A DNA stretch of 64,000 bases from Mobula hypostoma (taxonomy: Eukaryota), in contig NC_086097.1 in assembly GCF_963921235.1 (NCBI RefSeq), positions 199,952,001 through 200,016,000 on the forward strand. Direction: 5' to 3'. Made by a program: the position numbers and the translations under genes. Shown piece by piece: positions 51,001 to 60,000 of this stretch; positions within the stretch are counted from its first letter, which is position 1, and each line of letters starts with the position of its first letter. The notes below the pieces were generated by a model, which worked only from the letters and a program-made list of their open reading frames with translations, ran no database searches and was not told the DNA's origin.

Positions 51001-54000
51001 ATATGCTACTATACCATATTGTAATGGAGGCATTTCTCTGAATATATATTTGTACTGAAATAATATATTATTTGAAACCGTTAAATGGTTTTGCCAATAT
51101 CGACAAATGTTTAGCCTCATAACTTAGAGTACACAAGTAGCATTGAATTTTTACTTTTCCATAGTGGGCCACCTATTCTAGCAATATAAGATCAGAACTA
51201 GTCCCTTGAACCTATTAAAGAGTGGAGCATTCCTCTATCTATTTGTTTGACTTAGCAGAATGATTTGAAGGCAGAGTTACCCATTAATTATAACTTCATC
51301 ACTTCAAATGACTCATAAACCATTACCTTAATTCTTTTCATCATTTTGTTAAGGGAAATTATTTGATTAGACTTTGATTGCCTCGCATTAGGTTAAAGTC
51401 ACGGGAGGTCTATTATATTACAGTACAAGTGAAATTTTAATCCCTACTGCTGGTGCAGTGAATATCACATCAATAAAATGGATTGGTTTCCAGTGATTAA
51501 TGTACATCCCCATAGTTTTAATGTGGAAATGACAAATGCAATTAACAGCTTACTGAAATATAACTTCTAAAAGTCTTCATCTTCACAGCAGCTTTTGTTA
51601 CTCATTCATTTAAATTAGATTTGCTTGACAGTTGCTAGTTGTTGTAAAAATGAATTGTTACTTGATATTTCTAATTGTTGCAACTTGCCAGCAGATGTTT
51701 AGCATTCTAGCTGCTATGAGAAGTCCAGGCATTTTACACAGTAGGAAAGGGAAAATTGAAAGTTACCAACATAGGCCACGCTTAAAGAACCTGAAAAACA
51801 TGACACTACAAAAATTAGGAATGTCAGTCTGCAAATATGGAGGAAATAAACAACAATTTTTAAAATATCCTTGGAAGTAGTATTAAATACTTTTGGCCAC
51901 AAAAGTAAATTTGACTTAATAAATGTTCTATTGTGCCAAGAATTCTTTTTTGAATTATTGATGATAATTTGCTGATGTTGACTTTACAAGTGGTTCAGGT
52001 AACTTCAATGCACAAGTTGCTATTTGAACGATAATGGATAATTGCAGTAATTTTCAATAGCAGCTTCACTGCTTTGCAAAAGAGAGTTGAACACAGTTAT
52101 CCCTGAGGAGATTTTAAAATGTCAGTTATTTTGCACACATCAAAATAATGATTGCATGAATGAAACTGAAAATAAATAGGTCAGAAATTGCACTCGCAGT
52201 TCAGGTGAAGTTTTTAATGTCAGAATGATGATGTAACCTGCATCAGTACAGAAGTACTTAACTGTTCCAAAATTTACACTGTATCTCATTAAAGTAATTA
52301 TGTCTGTTTATCTCCTCAGCTCTGCCTTTGCGAAGAGAATCACCTCAGGAAAATGAAGACTTTTTTTGACAATCAAGTACAAATTAAAAGAGCATTTACA
52401 ATGGCAAGTATATATATATAGACCCACAGAACACTACAGCACAGAAAACAGGCCATTCGGCCCTTCTAGTCTGTGCCGAAACATTATTCCGCTCGTCCCA
52501 TTGACCTGCATCCAGTCCGTAACCCTCCAGACCTCTCCTATCCATGTACCTATCCAGTTTATTCTTAAAACTTAAAAGTGAGCCCACATTTACCACGTCA
52601 GATGGCAGCTCGTTCCACACTCCCACCACTCTCTGAGTGAAGAAGTTCCCCCTAATGTTCCCCCTAAACCTTTCCCCTTTCACCCTAAAGCCATGTCCTC
52701 TTGTATTTATCTCTCCTAATCTAAGTGGAAAGAGCCTATTCACATTTACTCTGTCTATACCCCTCATAATTTTGTAAACCTCTATAAATCTCCCCTCATT
52801 TTTCTATGCTCCAAGGAATAAAGTTCTAACCTGTTCAATCTTTCCCTGTAACTCAACTCCTGAAGAACCGGCAACATCCTAGTAAATCTTCTCTGCACTC
52901 TTTCACTCTTACTGATATCCTTCCTATAGTTAGGTGACCAGAACTGTACACAATATTCCAAATTTGGCCTCACTAATGTCTTATACAGACTCCCCATAAC
53001 ATCCCAACTCCTATACTCAATACTTTGATCTATAAATGCCAGGATGCCAAAAGCCTTCTTTACAACCCTGTCTACCTGTGACACCACTTTCAGGGAATTA
53101 TGTAACTGAATTCCCAGATCCCTTTTTTCCTCCACACTCCTCAGTGCCCGACCATTCACTGCGTATGTCCTACCTTGATTTGTCCTTCCAACATGCAACA
53201 CCTCACACTTGTCCGCATTAAATTCCATCTGCCATTTTCTGGCCCATTTTTCCATTTGGTCCATATCCCTCTGCAAGCTTTGAAAGCCTTCCTCACTGTC
53301 CACAACACCTCCAATCTTGATGTCATCAGCAAACTTGCTGATCCAATTTACCACATTATTATCTAGATCATTGATGTAGACAACAAACAACAATGGTCCC
53401 CAGCACATATATGCCCCTATATACAACTCAGAGATTCTTTTCCTTGTGGGCATACTCAATAAATCCATAACAGAATAATATTCATAATGGAATCAGTGAA
53501 AGACCACACCAACTTGGGGTTCAACCAGCGTGCAAAAGACAACGAACTGTTAGTATGTTGCTGTTGTTACGTTTTTATGTTTTTCTCACCCCAAGTTAAG
53601 ACTTCACATAACTTGTCCTTCATTTTTATCAATCTAATAGATCACTCATATTTCCATATTGTTGTGTATTTAGTATTTCAGTAATATTGTAAAAATATTG
53701 TTGATTAAGCATTCCTTGTTGTTTACATAATTCATTACAGGTTATATGTAAAAGTACGTGAATGGAATTTGTCATACATCAGCCCATCATATGTGCACAT
53801 CTCACTAAAGTAAAAACAAAGTTGACACACTTATCCCTGGGCTCTGTGTTTTTCTTTCAATTAGATATGGAGTTACAAAACAACAGTGGTGACGAGTAAG
53901 TTTTAAAATGAACCCAAGATGACCACCTACCTGCTGAATCTCAGTGAGACAACTCAGTTTTTTTAAAAAAAGCACAGCATGCTTTCTTCTCAAGAGTAGA

Positions 54001-57000
54001 GAAATGGTTGAGTAAAAAAAGTGCAGCACATGGTTTCTTTGGAAAAGGAGAGAGATGGTTGAGTTAAAAAAAAGACAGAAAACGAACAAAATATACGGGT
54101 TCATAAAAAGTGAGTACTGGGTGATAATAATCATAAATAATAAAAAAAGTAGAACTGGCTAGCTCCGTTGGAAAGACAGACATTCGACTGCAAAAGAGAA
54201 AACTGTATATTGTATACTGAGCAAATTGAGCAGTATTTTGAAGCAAATGAAATAGTTATTGAAAAGCAAGTGCCAGTTTTGCTGAATGTCTTGGGTGGAA
54301 AAGCATACAGTTTGCTTAGCAGTTTGACTGCTCCAACCAAACCAGCCAAAATGAGCTTTTCTGACATTGTGAAAGTATTGCAGGAATACTAAGAACCAAA
54401 ACCATTGTTGTTTTCAGAATGCTTTAGATTTCACAAGTGGAATCAAAGGAAGGGAAGTCCACTTCAACGGACGTGGCTGAATTGGAAAATTGGCTGAGCA
54501 TTTATAGTTTAGTTGTGGGCTTAAAGATGCACTGAGAGATCATTAAGTTTGTGGAATCTTACAAGAAAGCATTCAAAACTCTCCTAACTGAAGCACAGCT
54601 CAGATTTAGAAGAGCAGTTAACGTCACTCTATCAAAGGAAGTGACCGTAAGAGATGCAGTCAGGAATGAAAGTGAATGTGAACAAAATTGTAATGTCTAA
54701 ACAGAAACCTGCCTGGCCATACAAATTGCATTTCGGTTGTGGCTGCGGCTCACATACACCTGACCAATGCAGGTTAAAGGTGACAATTGCAGAAAATGCA
54801 ATAAAGTAGGACACATACACAGAGCATGTCAGCCAGACAAAAGTAAATGGACTGCACAGAAAGAGAAAAATATAAAAAGTCAAGTTACCCTTTCAAATAG
54901 AGCACTAACCTGCATGCTGTTGATGAAAAATCTGATTGTGATGAGAGTAACACAGGCCTTGGTAGCCCCGAGATTTATAATGTGAAAACTAACAGGAGAC
55001 AAATAATATGGTTTACACCAGAACTAAGCAGTAAATTAATAAAAATGGAATTAGACACTGGTTCAGCTATTTCAGTGATTCCACAAAATGAGCTTGAATG
55101 CCATTTCAAAGATACTGAACTGAAGCCTGCAGATATCCAAATAAGAACTTATCTGGTGAAAAGGTAACTCCTGTGCGAATGACATTTGTAACAGTGAAAT
55201 ACAACAACCAACAAGCCACATTAGGCTTGCATTGTGGGTCCGTGATTGACTGAAACAACTACAACTTGATTGGAGATCCATCCGCCATTTGCGCGCCACA
55301 TCCCCTGCGATAGAGTCCACTGAAAGTGAATTAAGAAAGGTACTGGATGATACCATAGTTGTGTTCAAGGGTGGCATTGGAAAACTCAAACATATCAAAG
55401 GTAAAATAACGCTAAATGAAAATGCCACACCAAAGTTTTACAAAGCCCGTTGGGTTCCTTATACCTTCTGTGATAAAGTAGCAAATGAGCTAGATCACAC
55501 GCAGGCTGAAGGGATTCTTTGCAAGTTTAAGTGGAGCCCATGGGAAATGGCAATTGTTCCAGTAGCCAATAAGAATGGGTTTGTCAGGATCTGTGGTGAT
55601 TTTAAAATCAACATCAACCCAGTACTGAAAGTAGATCAATACCTTCTGCCAAGGATAGAGGATATCTTTGCAGACTCAAGTCCACAAAGTGGACTTAGCT
55701 GAGGGGTACCTGATGAAGATGGAAGAAGAGTCCAAAATGTTTCTTTCTAACCATAATAACTCACAAAGGGCTTTATCTCCATAAGAGGCTTATTTTTGGA
55801 ATAGCATTTGCACCTGCAATCTGGGAGTAATCTATGGACCAGGTGCTGCAAGGTTGTCCAGGCTCTCAGTTAAACCTGGATGACCAGGAAGAATGGCAAG
55901 GAATATCTCCAAAATCTCAAGACAGTGTTAAAAAGATTATGAACTCAGACCACAATGCAACAAGTGTGATTTCTTTAAATCAAGCATCACTTACTGTTAA
56001 TCACTGACGCACAGCGTTTACATAAGTGTGCTGAGAAAATTTAAGCAGTGGTGGATGTGCCAAGTCCGAAGGACATATCACAGTAGTGGTTATTTTCAGG
56101 ATTTCTCAATAACTATAGCATGTTCCTGCAAAATCTGGCTAATGTGCTTCACCTCTTGAACTCATTACTACAGATTGGGAGGAAATGGCAATGGACAAAG
56201 CAGTGTGAGGTGGTTTTCCAAAAGACAAAGGAATTGGTGACATCAGACACTGTGCTCACACATTATGATCCACTTCCTCCAGTACGGCTTGCCTGTGACA
56301 CCTCGCCTTATGGTATAGGTGCAGTCATGTAACATGTTATGAGTGATGGAAGTGAACACCCATAGCCTTTGCATCACATTCCCTTACCACTGCAGAGCAA
56401 AATTATGCACAGATTGACAGAGAGGCCTTGAGTCTGGTATGAGGTGTATAAACCATTTCAACTAGTACTTGTATGGATGAGAGTTTACCCTCATTACTGG
56501 TCATCAGTCACTATTGACCTTTTTCAATCCACAGACGGGTGTTCCACTAACAGTAGTAGCATGATTGCAGAGATGGGCTCTGTTTCTTGCAGGACACAAT
56601 TACATGGTCAAATTCAAAATGATGACTAATCATGGAAAGATTGGTGGATTGTCCTATTTACCCACGAAATAGAAACTACCTGAAAATTTACAAAAAAGGA
56701 CTCACCTCTTGATGTATTCGCCCTAATGCAAATCAAAAGCCTATTACAACAAAGATGATCCAAGGGGAAACCAGCAAAGACCTCACACTGTCTCAGGTCA
56801 ACAAGGATATCCAAGAGGGCTGCCCCAATAAAGTAGCCATATGTGTTCCCAATAGTCTCCACTACAGCCTCTCGAACACTATTGACATATTGAGAAGCCT
56901 CTTCACAAGGACTAGTGATCCAGAGCACTTAGTCTGTGAAAATTGTCCACCGTTTGTTGTGGAACAGTCTCAGTCATTGTTGAAAATGAACAGAATAAGA

Positions 57001-60000
57001 CTTATAGCATCTGCACCATACCACCCAGCTACAAATGGCTTGGTGGAAAGTCTAAGGAACGCACAACAAGCAGTGTCAGTAGAACACACTACACGGATAC
57101 TGAATCAGAAGCTCACCAATTTCCTCCTTGCATATTGCAATGCAGCACACTCCATAAATAACAACTCACCAGCTATGCTGTTCCTGAGTCATACTTTGTA
57201 AACATGCTTGGATCCACTCAAACCCAATCTCAGAAGGAGTATGCAGGCCAAACAGCTGAGACAAATTGAGGGCTCCTCAAACAAGGAGGTTTGACATTTC
57301 ACTTCTGGACAAGCAGACCTGGCGAGGGACTAATAGGTGATCAAAAGAGGGTTCTTCGAAAGATTAAAGACAGAATTAGACCACTCTCCTCTACAGTGCA
57401 GATTGCATGTGATGTCTTCTGGAGACGACGCATCGATCATTTAGGGAGAGTAGAGTCAATTGTTAGAGAAGGAAAGTGTCCAGAGCTGTCAGAACCACTT
57501 CCTACAGTCCCAGAATCAACTCCTAAAACCATCACGGAGGAGTTCCCAGAACCTGAGATTGTTTCACTTGTGGACTTATGGCTATGAACCTCCTCTTGTC
57601 AGGAAAGACGTTATCCCTCAAGAGTAATAACTCTTTAGGCCTGAATGGGACAATTTAAAATTTACTCTGCTTGAATGTCTATATTATACCTGTATAAGTT
57701 GAGATGAAGCCTATATTGATTTGGAGTTTATAGCTAATCAGGGGGTGTTATGTATTTAATATTTCAGTAATATTTGAGTAATATTGTGAATATTTTGTTT
57801 GATTAAGCATTCTTTGGTGTTTACATAATTCATTACAGGTTGTATGTAAAAGTACGTGAATGCCACACGCCATAACGCCACCAATTCATACTCCCTAAAG
57901 TAAAAGTGATGACATGCTTATCCCCAGGCTCCCATGTTTTTCTTTTGATTAGTTTATGTTTTGGAGCTACAAATCATAACACATATTACACCACAAGCTA
58001 CTCACTGCCATATATCATTTAAGGCTTATGTTAAACTTGTAACCTTTGATGAGTTCTGATATTGAAAGCCTAGGATGGCATGCACCCAGAAAATAGTGCA
58101 TTTCTGAGGCCACTATAATGAGCTAAATGAACATAAATGTCTTGTTTGCTCATTGCTGTTGAGTAAGCACAGGATCCAGAATCCTGTTTGTGATTGTCTT
58201 TTGTGCCACAGTTGCACCTACATTGTGATAGCAAAGGAAACACAATTTCACTGCCCATGAGGACTTATAATAAGGTTAAAAAAACATCAGCAGAATAACA
58301 TTATATATAACTAATTGTCTTATAAATACTCTCTGTCACAGAGGGCTAAGTGATATCTCATTAGTTGGGTGCCACTCATCAGTGCTAAATTAAACGCGAT
58401 TCACAGCACAGAAACACCTTTCTAAAAATAGGCAATGAACAGGAAAAATGTTTAACAAGTGCTAATCATGGCTTTGGGGAAATGGGTGTGCATGGGCAAG
58501 TGAATTTGCTGCTGTGGTTCTTGGCGAAAAATTAATCCTTCGACAATGTAGAAGTAAGTCCGTAACAATTTTCTAGCTACTGAGAGATTAAGTGAATGAA
58601 GAATCCCACCTATGTGATGCAAGTCACTGTTTCTTGCATAGTCTGGTGATCAATAACCCAGGCTCTGCTGGATAATCCTTGTTGGCATGAGGAGCAACAG
58701 GTGTGTTGGCTGGGAGCTTCTTCATTTTGCAAGTTGCAAGCTATCAATCTGCCTTGGAACTTGTAAAGTGTCAAACAACCAACTAATATGGACCAAGTGT
58801 GTTGCACCTCAGGGTTAAGAGTTGGGTGTTTTCATAATGAAATGTTTAATGTTTTTGGGGGTTTTTTTGAGAAAAGAGACATTTTAGGTATTTATGTTTT
58901 GTAATTATTGCACTATGTTATAACAATTTGAAATGTAGATTGCCAGAATGGCGTTCAAGTGAATTATTTTGCTGTCTATGTATATAAATTTGGTGTTAAA
59001 CTAATGTAAGCTCATGATAATAAATTTTATACCTACTTTGCCAGGAGATGCAGAGAATGCACTCAAAATACCACCATTATTTTGGGTTAGAGTATTGAAT
59101 AAACTGGCATACTGCTTATGAATTCCAGGAATCATTTTTCCTTTTCCTACATACAGAATTTTTTTTTGTCTCTTCCTAGCTCTTGAACGTTAAGTGATTG
59201 ATCAGCCTTCAATTAGATTAATTGGACAATATGTAACAAAAATACAATTGGGCCCCATTTAGAGTAGAATAGATATTGTTTTTTGAGGAACTTATACAGA
59301 GATTCATGAAAAAAAAATTGCCAAGGGAATGTTAAATTATGGTCTATGATTGTTTGGCAATAATAAAATTCAGGTGGCTCAAGTAATTGAAAGCATTGAT
59401 GATGGAGACAGAGAGCGATTGTCCTTGGTTTCAAGGCAGTGAGGGAATCAGGGGACTTGTGGCCAGTTCATAGGGTCCAGTCTTGCTAGTCTTTCTTGGG
59501 GGGGGGGTGTAAGGAAACATTAATGTAAAGTTTAATGGCAATCAGGATTGTTTACACAAAAAAGCCTGCTGTCTATGATTTTACAATAATACTGTATGAT
59601 TTTAAAAATATGAATCCTTATCAAAAACAACACACACAAAATTCTGGAGGAACTCAGCAGGTCAGGCAGCATCTATAGAAAAGAGTAAACAGTTGATGTT
59701 TTGGGTCAAGATGCTTCATCAAAAACCTGTCAGTGGTTTTCAGGATTATGAAAAAATTCAAATGAGTGGTGGATTAGTCTTGGGGGGTGGGTGCTGCTGC
59801 TGTTCCTTTACATTTCATTCATTCAAGAGACATAAAAATTGTTGGTAAAGACAGTACTCTTTGATAAACAGTACTTTAGCCCTCAGATAGATAAACAGTG
59901 AGAATAGCATCTGTTCTTTTGATGCAGGCAGCATGCTCACTGCTGATCATTCCATGCAGCCATCTGTCTCTACTGTTGCTCACCTCAACACGAGATTCCT

